This document shows, piece by piece, positions 14,467 to 26,820 of a DNA stretch of 64,000 nt. The notes beneath the pieces were generated by a model, which ran no database searches, was not told where the DNA came from, and was given only the letters and a program-made list of their open reading frames with translations. Each line of letters starts with the position of its first letter. Positions within the stretch are counted from its first letter, which is position 1. The position numbers and the translations under genes were made by a program. Origin of the DNA: Lingula anatina (Eukaryota; Animalia; Brachiopoda); contig CM120640.1 of assembly GCA_051362555.1 (NCBI GenBank), positions 56,026,788 through 56,090,787 on the forward strand. Direction: 5' to 3'.

Positions 14467-17400
14467 ATGTCACGTTTTTTTGCTGCCTCAGAATCGGAGT
14501 CTGAGAGTGAATCCAGTGAAGGAGAAGATATCCCAGTTGTAAAGCCAGTAGCAGGGAAAGTTGCTCAGTAAGTCGAACTAATCACATTTTAATATGAGCA
14601 GCAGTATTTGAATTCACAACTAAATGGACATTTCGAAATATTTCCTAGGAAACTAATCAATGGTAATGATATATTACAGAATATACATTTGTTTTTCAGA
14701 GCTTTTACCTTTAGTGATGATGAAGAAGATACCAAAAGAGTGGTGCGAAGTGCAAAAGATAAAAGGTACTCTCAAATGATTTGCAAATGATATTTTAATT
14801 TTTGTTAGTTATACTCCCAAGTATTTTTTCAAAAGTTTTGAAGAATATGTTGGCTTGGTGCCATGAAGTACATTTTGTGAGTAACTAAAAAAAGTACAAT
14901 TAAAAAAAACTAACAATTATTAAGCCTAAGGTGAACATTTTCACTGTAATAAAAACAACAAAACCAATATTTTGATGAAGAAAAAAGTTACAGTAATAGG
15001 AGCAAAACTTGATATGAATTATCCTTGTTTTTTATCATTTTAGATATGAAGAAATCAGAAATATAATAAAGCAGTTAAAAAACCACAAAAAGATAAAGGA
15101 CATGTCAAATGTTCTCTCAGGTAGGCTTTTATGAAAAACTGGTGCATTAAGAAGTTACAATAATTATCATTAGGTTCAAGTCTGCTTGTAGAAGCATATT
15201 TACTTTGAAGTGTAATGTTTGTAGATATAATAAACACTTTTATTTATGAATCAGATTTCAGTTGTTGTGTAACAAGGATAAAAGTGATTTAACATAGTTT
15301 TTTAAAGAGAACCCATATTTTCACATTTATTTTGTTAATCCAGACTTTGAAGACCTGGGACGAGCATATGATAAAGCCAAGAAAGTTGTTGAAAAGGAAG
15401 GGATCCCAAGGTTTTACTTGAGGGCTTTGGTGGAACTTGAAGATTTTGTCTCTGAGGTAACAGTACAATTTGGTTGACAGTTTGGTGGAAGTTCAATATT
15501 GACTAACATTCTTGAAATGCTGCAATTAGATAATTGATAGTTCTGGCATTGAAAGCAATTTTCAGTTACAGTGATTTTGTGGTTTTGTTATTACAGTGAA
15601 AAGACGATGGAATACTATAGTATTCTCTTATAGGAAGAGTAATAATTATTCAAAGAAGTGTATCAGGACACAGGCCATTACATTTATTTTGTGAAGATAG
15701 TACTTTCATTTGAACTGCTCAACAGGGTTGAGAAGGTCTGGGTCCAGTTTTATAAAGGACGTTTAGCACTAACCAGTGTTTAACTCTAACCACTGGATAA
15801 ATTCTCCTAAACCCCGTTAACTAAATGACGGATAAAATTGTGTTTCATAAACAGTGTTTAAACAGTACATTGGTTAACTTACCTTTAAATAATTATTTTA
15901 TCCAGTTAAACACTGGCCTGTTAACTAATTGGCTGTTTGAACACTGTATATGAAACACAATTTAACCATCTATTAGTTAATGGGTGTTAGGAGAATTTAT
16001 CTACTGGTTAGTGCTAAACGTCCTTTATAAAACTGGGCCCTGGTCTTTTCACTTATCACTAAAGTGCCTGAATATATACCTTTTATATTAAGGACATTCA
16101 AAAATCACACTTTACTCATTTTCCATTACATCTTTATATATCTGCAGTATTCATGTTCATGCTCTTGTCTGTATTGTGATGCCTTACAATTTAATGTGTG
16201 GCTAGGTCTGTGGAATCTAGCTTATGTCATATAGGTCATTAATTTCATGGCAGAATAAGGTTTCTTGGAGAGTAGGAGTACATGAAAAAGACTTAACTTT
16301 GTTCCAGTGCTGGGAAGACAGAGAGGCTAGAAAACAGCTGAGCAAAAACAATGCAAAATCTCTGACCACTTTGAGACAGAAACTAAAAAAATATAACAGG
16401 GACTTTGAGCAAGGCATTTCAGATTATAGGGAGGTAGGTGCATTCATGATGTAAAACTTATGAAGCTGTTTTGTCTGACCATAATGTGTGGTTCATTCAG
16501 CTTTTAAGAACAACAGAAAGTGCAAAATTGAAGTTTTGAATTCATAGGTTCAATATGTAGTTACTTTTTGGTTAAGGATTATTTTGAATCAGTTTTAAGA
16601 TAAGTTACAGGATCAGAAGTTATGACTTTGACACAATTTATATCTACATTAAGAACCCAGACCAAGATGAAGAGGAAGAAGGCTCAGATGATGAAGAAAG
16701 AGACTCTGATGAAGAGGAGGAGGATGATGATGATGACAAGGATGAGAATGACACCCAAATGATAGCAGATTTTATAAAGAAGCCACCTCCCTCTAAGCCA
16801 AATGTATCTAAATTCTTAAAGGATGGAGATGAGGTAATTCTGATAGTTGATTTATTTTCTGTTTTGTTAAGTCAGTTTTTGTCAGGTTTTGATATAATAT
16901 GGTAAGCATCAATTAGGAACAGTCAAAGCATTCAAATAAGAACAATAGCCTGAATTTTCACATTTAAGTATATCCATATTTCTCCTTTCCAGGACTCTGG
17001 TGATGAGAGTGACTGGGGTGACGAAAGTGATGAGTCATCTGAGCTCAGCTCTGACGATGAAAAATATGGTGGAAACTTGGCCTTGAAGTTTTTAAAAAAG
17101 TATGCTAATTTTGATAGAGAGGATGGATGTATTTTTAATAAAATTCTTCTTGTGTTTTCAATTTTACCTAATATCCATCAGTAGTATCATGAACAAAAAG
17201 CATCTTTTATTTTTTTGCCAATCTTTAAACTTCAATCTGCTGCAAAGATTTCATTCTGGTAAATTAAGCACAATATCATGAATAGGTTATTATAAGATCA
17301 TTCATTTTTAGTAACAGTTTAGGTTTAAAGTGCTGTAATCATGACATTTGGCATGGATTTCAGGACTACAGAACAGGAAAAGGCGAAAAAGGATGCCAAA

Positions 17401-20400
17401 AAGAAAGAAGTGAAGGAGCGTAAACAGACAAAGAAAGTAGACAAGGCCCAAGATGAAGATGAAGGAGAGTGGGAGCAGGTGAAAGGAGGGGCACCCATGA
17501 TAGCTGTAGGTGTTTTGGTGTTTGATGTTTTACTTAATTCATTATAACATAGATTTTCACAGTAAGCATTTCTTGAAAATCTTTGGTAAACCATTTCAAT
17601 GTATGAATTTTTCAGTCATCTTTTTGATTATAATATTTTGTTTTGCAGGAGAAACCCAAAATGTTTGGGAAGGATGTAGAAATCAACCATAAGGTTGTAT
17701 GTATGAAGTTGATTGAGATTGTAGCAGCTCGTGGCAAGAAGGGCACAGACAGGAATGAGCAAATCAATATGCTAATTGAACTGAACTCTATTGCCTCTGA
17801 AAACAACCTTGGTCCTGCTATGGAAGCAAAAATTATGTTTAACATTGCTGCAGCCCTGTTTGATTATAACCCAAACATAGCTACCTGCATGAGAGCTGAG
17901 ATGTGGGAAAGGTAAAGATGTTATCTGAGAGCAATAAAGACATTTTCAATTTATTGGAATTAAGAGAATAGGATCTCTTTTTAAGTTGAATACATATGCA
18001 TATATACATCTAAACATGTTATTTCGAATTTAATGGTGGATTTTCTTTTCAAATTATCTGATAGTGTAACATAAATCTGTTTCAGGTGTATAGAGTTTGT
18101 ACTAGAACTGTTGAATTTATTGATTACCAATAAAGAAATATCTGTAGGAGAAGATATTACAGAAGAGTCTGAACAGTTAGAGGTGAGTTTTATAGTTTTA
18201 TATTTGAAGATCGGTTCCAATTTAATGAAATATGTATTGCAATATAGTAAAATTTGTTGGTGCAGCAGCTGTATGTAGATGTTAATTAATCATTGATAAT
18301 TCATGATAATTGGCAGAAAAATTTTGTCAAAAGCTATGACTAACTTACAAACTTACAGCTGCTGAAAAATACAAAAACATTCTGGTTATTGCTGAGATGT
18401 ATCGAAATTTCATAAGTCACAAGTCGTGCTATCAAGAAAAGGTTTGTAGGATGGTTGATGTGGGGGTATGATCAGATGTTTTTATCTAAGTAACAAGTCC
18501 CTGTTGATTGACAATTTCATATTGTTACCCTTGAACCATCTTTTGGGGCCATTTATTGCATTTTTCATGTCATCTTGGAGGTAAAGTAGCTATTGCTTTG
18601 TCTTCCTTATAGCTGTTTTGAAATTGTGTGCGTCTGCACTCATTTCAAGGGTTTATCTGTCTGGAACCACATACTTGAGAAGCTTCGAAATCTCTGAACT
18701 GTTTCTTTCCCATTCTAGGTAGCCCCTTATTTGGTGCGTGGGTGTATCCTGACTGTTGTGGAGAGAATGGATGAAGAGTTCACCAAGATGCTGCAGGGCT
18801 GTGATGCTCATAGTACAGAATATGTGGAGAGGTAGATATTACCCTTGTTTGCCAACTGCCATATTGCACGCTTGTAGCACATTTACAAATGTCTGCTACC
18901 ATGCTGATACTGAATGTTGTGTGTTCCATTATGTACTAGAACACTGGTTCCTGATTCACAAAACATTAGTTTTTGGGTTCAAATTTTAAAATTTAAGATT
19001 TAATCATTTAATTTGTCTTCTACAAAAGTTAAATCTAATTGACCATGCATGGTCAAGACCCATTCATCAAATGTGACCTAACTATACTTTACCTTCACGT
19101 ACCCAAATTTGAGTTTGTAAAAATAAGATTTGCATCCAGTGTAGAACTTTCATGCTTGTACTTGATTCATGCTGTTCTTTCATGAACATTAGTAGTATGT
19201 ATTAAATTATGTCAATTTTTATCAATTTTACAGGTTAAGAGATGAGAAAAAAGTGTGTGACATTATCGACCGCCTTGTAGTGTATCTAGAAGGGAGGTCT
19301 AGTAATGAGGAATTGTGCAGAGCATATCTTAAGAAGATTCAGCACCTGTATTACAAGGTATGAACATTTTGTAACACTAAACTTGATGCTTCTGTTTAGC
19401 TAGAATAATTTTCAAAATTTTTGGTAATTTACTGTGTATGTTTGCTTTTTATGATTTGCTATAATAAAGTGTTTTTGCTCCCTCTTGATGCTGGTTCTAT
19501 AAGATATTGACTTACTAATTTTTTTTATGCTGAAGCAGAACATCTGCTATAATTGCTCAAATACATTTCTACTATAGAAATTATATCTGTTTATTGCAGT
19601 ACGAGCCAGTTTCACCTGAGGGACAGAAGAATAGTGAGGAGGTCATGGAGACACTGTGCAGGTTTATCCACACCAAGGACCAGACAGACCGTATACGCAC
19701 CAACGCCATCTTGTGTCAGATCTACCACCACGCTATACATGATCGATGGTATCAGGCCCGTGATCTCATGATGATGTCACATCTTCAAGACACAATTCAT
19801 CACTCTGATGTACCACTACAGGTATGAATCATATATATATTTATGAACATCTGCATCTGTAACAAAGACTAAGTGCAAGGGTTTCTTCAATAAAAACATC
19901 AGGAAGTGGTTCAGTAGAAAATTTAAAATGGCATCCAAATTTGACAAATTTTAGTAACAAAAAAAAATGTAGAAAGGGATTTTTAAACAAAATTGTTTCA
20001 GTTGAATTGAGAGACTGCAAGATACTTGGGGTGACATTGCAAGGTTAAATGTGCATATTATTATTTAGAAAAACATTGAATACATTATTTGTACAAATTC
20101 TAATTTTTTGGACAGATTCTCTATAACCGTGCCATGGTTCAGCTGGGTCTGTGTGCTTTCCGCCAGGGAATGATTAAGGATGCTCATCATTGTTTGGTAG
20201 ATATTCAAAGTGGAGGAAGGGCCAAGGAACTCCTAGCTCAGGTAGCAATTATTTTAGTTATATGAAATATTAACTGATTATTAACTGCTATAGTTATATT
20301 AAAATTTGGTTCTATCATATTACTAAATTTTTATAAGCAAAATGTCATGAAGGACATATGTCATCTTTTTAGGGTTTGCTGTTGCAAAGACAACATGAGC

Positions 20401-23400
20401 GCACACCAGAGCAAGAAAAGATAGAGAAGCGCAGGCAGATGCCTTATCATATGCACATAAACTTGGAGCTGCTGGAGTGTGTCTACTTGGTATCTGCCAT
20501 GTTGATGGAGATACCGTACATGGCAGGTAAATGTGGTCTTTTTTTTTTTTTTTTTTGTAAGTTTTCTAACATTAAACCCTTCAAACAAGTTCTATTAACT
20601 TCATATCTGTTATTTTTACATCCTGAAATTAGTGTCTGTCACTTTTATCCATTCCAAGTGTAATTAAGTAAAAACAAGCAGTCCTGATATTGAAGATGTT
20701 CACTCTTTGTGCATTAATGTTTAAAATATTTATCTGACACTATGATATTTGTAGCACATGAATTTGATGCCAGGAGGCGCATGATTAGTAAGAACTTTCA
20801 CCATGTCATGAGAGTAAGTGAGCGCAATCCCTTGGTTGGGCCACCGGAGAGTATGCGTGAGCACATTGTAGCAGCATCAAAAGCCATGAAAGTTGGGGAC
20901 TGGAAAGCATGCAGAGACTATGCCATCAATGAGAAAATGAATAAGAAGGTGCAAGGATTTATGTACCTTATTTCAACGCCTTTTTTTTCTTTTGTTTTTT
21001 TTTTTTATTTTTAAATTTTTTTTATTTCAATAATTTTATTAAGTGTCAGTTTGTTGCTAAACTTTGCAGGTAACGTGAAAATAAATGCAAAATAAAACAA
21101 CTCAAACATACCTTAAGGGTTGAAATCACATTGTTTTGGAAGGCAAAAAATATTTAAACAAGACAAATTATCTTTCAGACCTGATTGAAACCTAACTTGT
21201 TGATGTTTATTTCTTTGGCTTAGGTTTGGGACTTGTTCCAAAACACTGCAGAGACCTGTGAGATGATTGTCTCCAAGATCCAGGAGGAAAGTCTAAGGAC
21301 ATATTTATTCACATACAGCAGTGTGTATGATTCACTCAGCATGGACAACATGGCAGAGATGTTTGAGCTGCCTAAGGCCACTGTACACTCCATTATCAGT
21401 AAAATGATCATCAATGAAGAGCTCATGGTATGCTTTGTGATACAAACATACTTCTTAAGTTTGGAAAGATCTTGTAATTTGCTACTGATTGAACACCACA
21501 ATTTACATCATCAACATGATAAAACATAAACATTTCAAAAGACATGGAAAGTATTATTCAGATCACAGTAACTGTTTTGGAATATAATTATTTTTTAAAA
21601 TGATTATTTAAAAACACATTTCCCTAATACACTGTATTAACACAAATGGCTTTCTTAAGGCATCCCTGGATGAGCCCACCCAGACAGTAGTAATGCACCG
21701 CACAGAGCCCACACGTCTCCAATCCCTTGCCCTGCAGTTAGCAGAGAAGGTTGCCACCTTAGTTGAGAACAATGAACGCATCATGGAGCAGAAGATGGGA
21801 AGCTTCTTCACATACCAGAAACAAGGTTAGCATATATCTTGGTTAGTGACAAGGGCAGCTAGCCTGAACATTATTGATTGGCTGGTTGGGGCGGGATGAA
21901 GAAAGAAAGGTGGTCTATTTTGGTCACAGTTCCAGTTTTACAATGTTAATTTGATTCACATTAGACATTTTAAATTTCCCCTTTAGCCTTAAACATGAAA
22001 GACATTTCCTTCTAATATTGGGGAGAGTAATAGTTGTAGAGAATAGTTCAGCAGTTAGTCCAAGCAGCCAACTGATATGTTCACCTAATATGAGAAAGTG
22101 ATTACCTTCAGGTGGCTATCAGAGACAGGGAGGTGACAGATGTCAGAATTGGGGTAGGGAGTTTCTACGGCACTTCCTGTTTCATTTTTGTTGAGCAAAT
22201 AATTCTCCATGAAGTTGAACTAAGCAATTGGATTTCAGTCTTGTTATCTATTTCACTATTTTGGGGAAATATCAAATGGGCTATTCTTTCAACAAAGGGT
22301 ATGCCAAATTACAATGTCATTGTTCGATGAATTGTGATAAAAAGAATATTTTTTATAATGAAGTTGATACCATTGTTCAAAAAATGTGTTTCAAAATAAA
22401 GAAGTAGATTTGGAGGTCTTTTACCAAGTTGGTATGTCTGAAGTTCTATATGTAAGCTTAACTTGATATTGTACTTGTTGGTATAAGTGTTTTGCAAACC
22501 CATTAAAGCTATTCAAGAAAAGTTCTCCTGTAAGTATTTAATGAGATTGATGAGATTAATGAGAATGAGATTGATGAAATGTATTTTTCGATGTTGTAAT
22601 CCCTTTTCTGGATGCCTCTATTCATGCTTGTAGAATATATATACTGTAATGTTTCAGCTTTGTTTCCCCAGCTCACCTATTTCTGTTCTTCACTGTAACC
22701 ATAGTTCTTTGAAACATTGGTGGAAGCTGTATCATTGTGAAACCAGCTTTTGCTTTCTACTCAGTTAATGCTTTGTTTTAATTCTCTTTTTTCTTCTTAG
22801 TTGCATCTCTTTGCTGTTATTATTATTATTATTATTTTATCCCACTTGAATACTGTATGTTATTTGTATACCTTGGGTGTTTATTCCTCCTTATTTATTG
22901 TGTTGTCTTCACTAACATGCATGTGGTATTTATTATTTCATAAAATGCTGTTATTTACAGTTTGTATACATGTTTAGACCATTGCAACAGAGAGCAAAAG
23001 ATCACTTGACTGATGGCACCCCGCATGAACTAAACTTGAGCGAAAAAACAAAAGGACAAAAGAAAGAAACAGAAATTGCACAAATTGGTCTATACACTCA
23101 CATCACTGGTTTTGTTAACAAAATGAGATAGAAAACTGCTTTTGAGTGTCATGTATTTTGTTTTATTTTCTCAGGCCAGCAGGGTGGATTCCAGGGACGT
23201 GGTGATCGACAGAACAGAGGTAGAGTATGGATTGAAGGGACCCATTTAGGTTCTTCAAAATGAGTGGTCCCTTAGTTTTTGTATTCATACTGGGTTTTTC
23301 TCTCCTGTATCAGAACAGGCTTGGAAAAGTTTGCTTACAGGTTATTATAAAAAAAGGTGGAAACAGTACACCAGATGTGCAGAGATGCTTTTGCCATCAT

Positions 23401-24387
23401 TTTTCAAAATAATGTGCATTGTATTTAATATTGGAATATCTGATTTACATTTAAGCATGTGTAGACATAGTTCATATCATTGAAGAATGATGTATCAAAA
23501 TGATACCCAATGTGGTAGAAGTTAAGAACAGTATGTTGATCTATGTTGAAGGTGAACACAATAGCATAGCCAATTGTCCATTTTCCAGATGCAGAAGGAT
23601 TTTTTAAAGAAACTTTATAGGAAACTTTCAACCTTTAGGACCAGTTAACTAGGTGCTACTGACTTAATAATTGTTTCCAGCTTGATGTTTTTCCTACAGC
23701 AATCTAGTACTGCAATTTGTAGCTGCTTGTAGAAGACTTGGAATTCACTTTCATTGAGAACAATATGTAGGTGCATCTGCAAATACTTGTATTGACATTT
23801 AATTTTTGTATTATGTCATTTCATAAGGTGGAGCGGGGGGATACCAGCAGTATGGCCGAGGAGATAGAAACCAAAACAGAGGTATGATATAAGATGGTGC
23901 ATTTGTTGTGTGGTAGGATGAATGTGTCACATGTACTGGAGCCGAAATTATGCCAGGTGTTCTGTGGTATAAATGAAAGCACAGAACTAACCCATTGGGG
24001 GTTCACCCAGACATGTAATGATATAAGTTTATTTTCAGAAGAATAGGTTTCACAAATATTTGTCTGATGTAATTTTTTTTTTTCATAGAGGGAGGTAGGC
24101 AAGGTTACCAAGGCAACCGTGGAGGACAAGGTGGTTACCAAGGAAACAGGGATAGGCAACAAAATAGAGGTATCTACGTTACATTTTCTTCACATTTGTA
24201 TATTACATCCATTTGTATGCAGCCACCTCACATTGGGATTTCTTAACTTGAAGCAAGGGTAGTGGCACATCAGAATTTGAGTTAAAAACAAAGATGTGCC
24301 ATGTGTTGCAAAGATTTGTAACAAGTAAAAATTAATATTGTATTGATCCCTTTTGCAGGTCAGCGGAGAGACCAGAGGCAGTACTAA
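14467..24387 (+). CDS. EIF3C: Eukaryotic translation initiation factor 3 subunit C (multi-exon)
   Basis: Start [13 protein letters not shown]. Motifs [83 protein letters not shown] and the PCI region [11 protein letters not shown]; stop TAA at 24385-24387. Confidence 0.98.
15738..16043. mobile_element. Foldback MITE in an EIF3C intron
   Basis: Terminal inverted repeats ggtccagttttataaaggacgtttagcactaaccag / ctggttagtgctaaacgtcctttataaaactgggcc, with inverted similarity continuing internally. Confidence 0.85.
22350..22506 (+). repeat. ~155 bp intronic segment, near-identical to 30163-30323
   Basis: tttttataatgaagttgataccattgttcaaaaaatgtg...gcaaacccattaa is present in an EIF3C intron and again in an INO80E intron. 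Confidence 0.95.
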
Positions 24388-24859
24388 GCAAAAAATTAGA
24401 GCAAACCATCATGTTAAATTAATATGGCATTGTACACAGTCTGTGCAATCCGCCTCATTTTGGAGTTCAGTAGTGAATGCATGATGTGACTGAAAGAAGG
24501 AATAAACCCTTGTTGAGAAGATTCATCTGAAGCAAGATACTGAGGAACATGAATCTTTTTACAATTGGGTATTTTTATAGATTTGATGCAAAGAGCATGA
24601 TCAGGACTGTGTAAAGGGATAACATTTTCAGGAATATAATATTTCCCTGCGCTTATTTAAAACTCCATTGCTGGAATCCTAGGTATCAATTGTTAATCTC
24701 CAAATAAAATGCAGATATGCTGGAACTGTCTTATTTTGTTTTTGTAGAAAAAATGTGTCACATAGTTACTTTCATCAAGGTTATTAATATGGTGGGGTAA
24801 ATCTCAATTTTTTCCATAACGGGTGTTTTCTGAGGCGAAATTTGATGCAGAAGACAAAT

Positions 24860-25406
24860 ATGAGCGCATTCTCAACGAATTAAGCCAGGCTTTACAAAGC
24901 CGGTGACCTAAAAATGGCAGACGTACATGAAAGAAAAAACCACCTAATCTTTTAAGTCTCTCCGCCTCCCCACACGTCGTCCCTGCGGGGTACAGTAATT
25001 AAATCGCGTCTCCGTTCGCCATGCGGAAGCTACCTGAGAAATATTAAGTGCGCATGCTCATCAGTTAAACTCGTGGTGAAGAAAGCATGGCGGCTGAAGG
25101 CGATCAAAGGAAAAAAGCTCTTCTGTTCTATTATCTTTGAAAACAGAGACGAAAAAGGAATAATTTGGCCCGTAGAGCAGCAATGAATCGACTATCTACG
25201 GAGATAATATCACCAGAGATATTCACGGAAATATTAATGTTCGGAGCCAAGATTTAATTACTGTACCCCGCAGGGACGACGTGTGGGGAGGCATGTGAGA
25301 GGCGGAGAGACTTAAAAGATTAGGCGGTTTTTCTTTCATGTACGTCCGCCATTTTTAGGTCACCGGCTTTGTAAAGCCTGGCTTAATTCGTTGAGAATGC
25401 GCTCAT
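24860..25406. mobile_element. Young foldback element with ~145 bp near-perfect inverted arms
   Basis: atgagcgcattctcaacgaattaagccaggctttacaaagccggtgacc...gtacagtaattaaatc is mirrored at ~25251-25406; GC-rich relative to its flanks. Confidence 0.9.
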
Positions 25407-25434
25407 GTGACAATCATTCTTTTCTACAGCAATT

Positions 25435-25765
25435 GGTTAGGTTGCTAAAATGTCAGTTTTCAAAATGGCAGCCAAAATGACCTACCTAGAGTTTCATCAT
25501 CAACAACAACTAAAGGTACTATAGTGTGTGATGTGTATTTTCTTGTGTTTTAGGGCTTGAAGGATCAATTTCTGATGTTAAAACTGAGATTGGTACATTT
25601 TACAGCAAATTCAGTTACCATGTGAGCTTACAGTTAACTCATATTTTACAACTAAAAACACAAGAAAAGGCATATTACAAACTAAGGATCCTTTAATTGT
25701 CGATCATGATGAAACTCTTGTTAGGGCGATTTGTCGGCCATTTGAAAAATTGTCATTTTACCAAT
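25435..25765. mobile_element. Older diverged foldback (inverted repeat) element adjacent to the previous one
   Basis: agagtttcatcat...taaaggtac...ttttcttgtgttttag is mirrored by ctaaaaacacaagaaaa...gatcctttaa...atgatgaaactct. Confidence 0.65.
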
Positions 25766-26820
25766 ATAGATGGCTGTTGTGAGATGTCACGTGTTTAACG
25801 CCATTTCCTTCATAGAAAATACTTTTTAAAATTTTGTGCTTCACCCAGCTGTATTCAATACAGGTATATACATGCACATAGTTGCTGTATGTAGTATACA
25901 AGCGTTGTATGCAATTCCAAAAATATTGAAATTACTGACCTAAAGAATGCTCGGAGCTCAAATTTCTCAGCAGAAATTAACTTTTTTGCCCATTTCACCT
26001 AAAATTACCTGTTCCTTAAGAGACTTCCAAAAAAAAAGTAATTATTTATCCTACCCCATTAATAAATAAGGACACCCTTTTGCTTCATGTTAACAATACT
26101 CAGACCATTTTGCTTCGGGTAACCCAAAATCTGGCTAAAAATTGAAGGTAAAGTGTATCTATTCTGGTTGATATTTACTGCATTTTTTTTTTTTTTTTTT
26201 TTTTTTGTGCGCGATGCAGTACAAGTATTTTAAAATGAAAATAATGCAATCTTAACTGCTAGGATGTAATTGAGTGTCCCAGAAAACGAGTGGGGTGACA
26301 TCAAACTTGTACTACTTTATCCAAAAGCCATGTATTGTAGAAATAGCTTGGATTTGTAATCTTTTTATGGCTGCCATGGACCATTTTACACACAATGGTA
26401 GAATCTAACCAAATGTCAGTGAAAAACTAGTGTACGGCAGAAAGGGTGAAAGATATTTTAGAAATGAATACAAAGACTACCGAGCATTTCATTTTATCCA
26501 AGGCCAGGACTATTAAATGCTATCTGAATGCAGTGGAGTTCTGTTATCCCAGTATGCTGTTCACACTACATAGGCCTACAAGGTGAACTGGTTCTAGTTA
26601 ATGGCCTCTTTCTAGTGGATCTAAACATTGGTTAATTTGGCCCATTGCTCCCGCATTTTTAATTTGAACAGGTTAAATATGTATACAAAAAAACAAGCCT
26701 TTTCAATAACAGTGGGATAGCAGCAAAAACAGTGAAAAAAAATACTTTTTTATCTTTTCTTTATATTTCTTTAATGTCTTTCTTTTTTTAATTTACAAAT
26801 ATTTAGACTTTTTCAGTCCC

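Noticed and set aside
19438-19545. C/D-box snoRNA in an EIF3C intron
   Set aside because: A terminal stem and CTGA are present, but the C box is degenerate (ATGATTT) and I could not identify an rRNA guide.
22978-23010. Alternative terminal exon of EIF3C ([10 protein letters not shown])
   Set aside because: A phase-compatible acceptor exists but has a weak pyrimidine tract and no similarity to the other tail exons; unsupported without RNA data.
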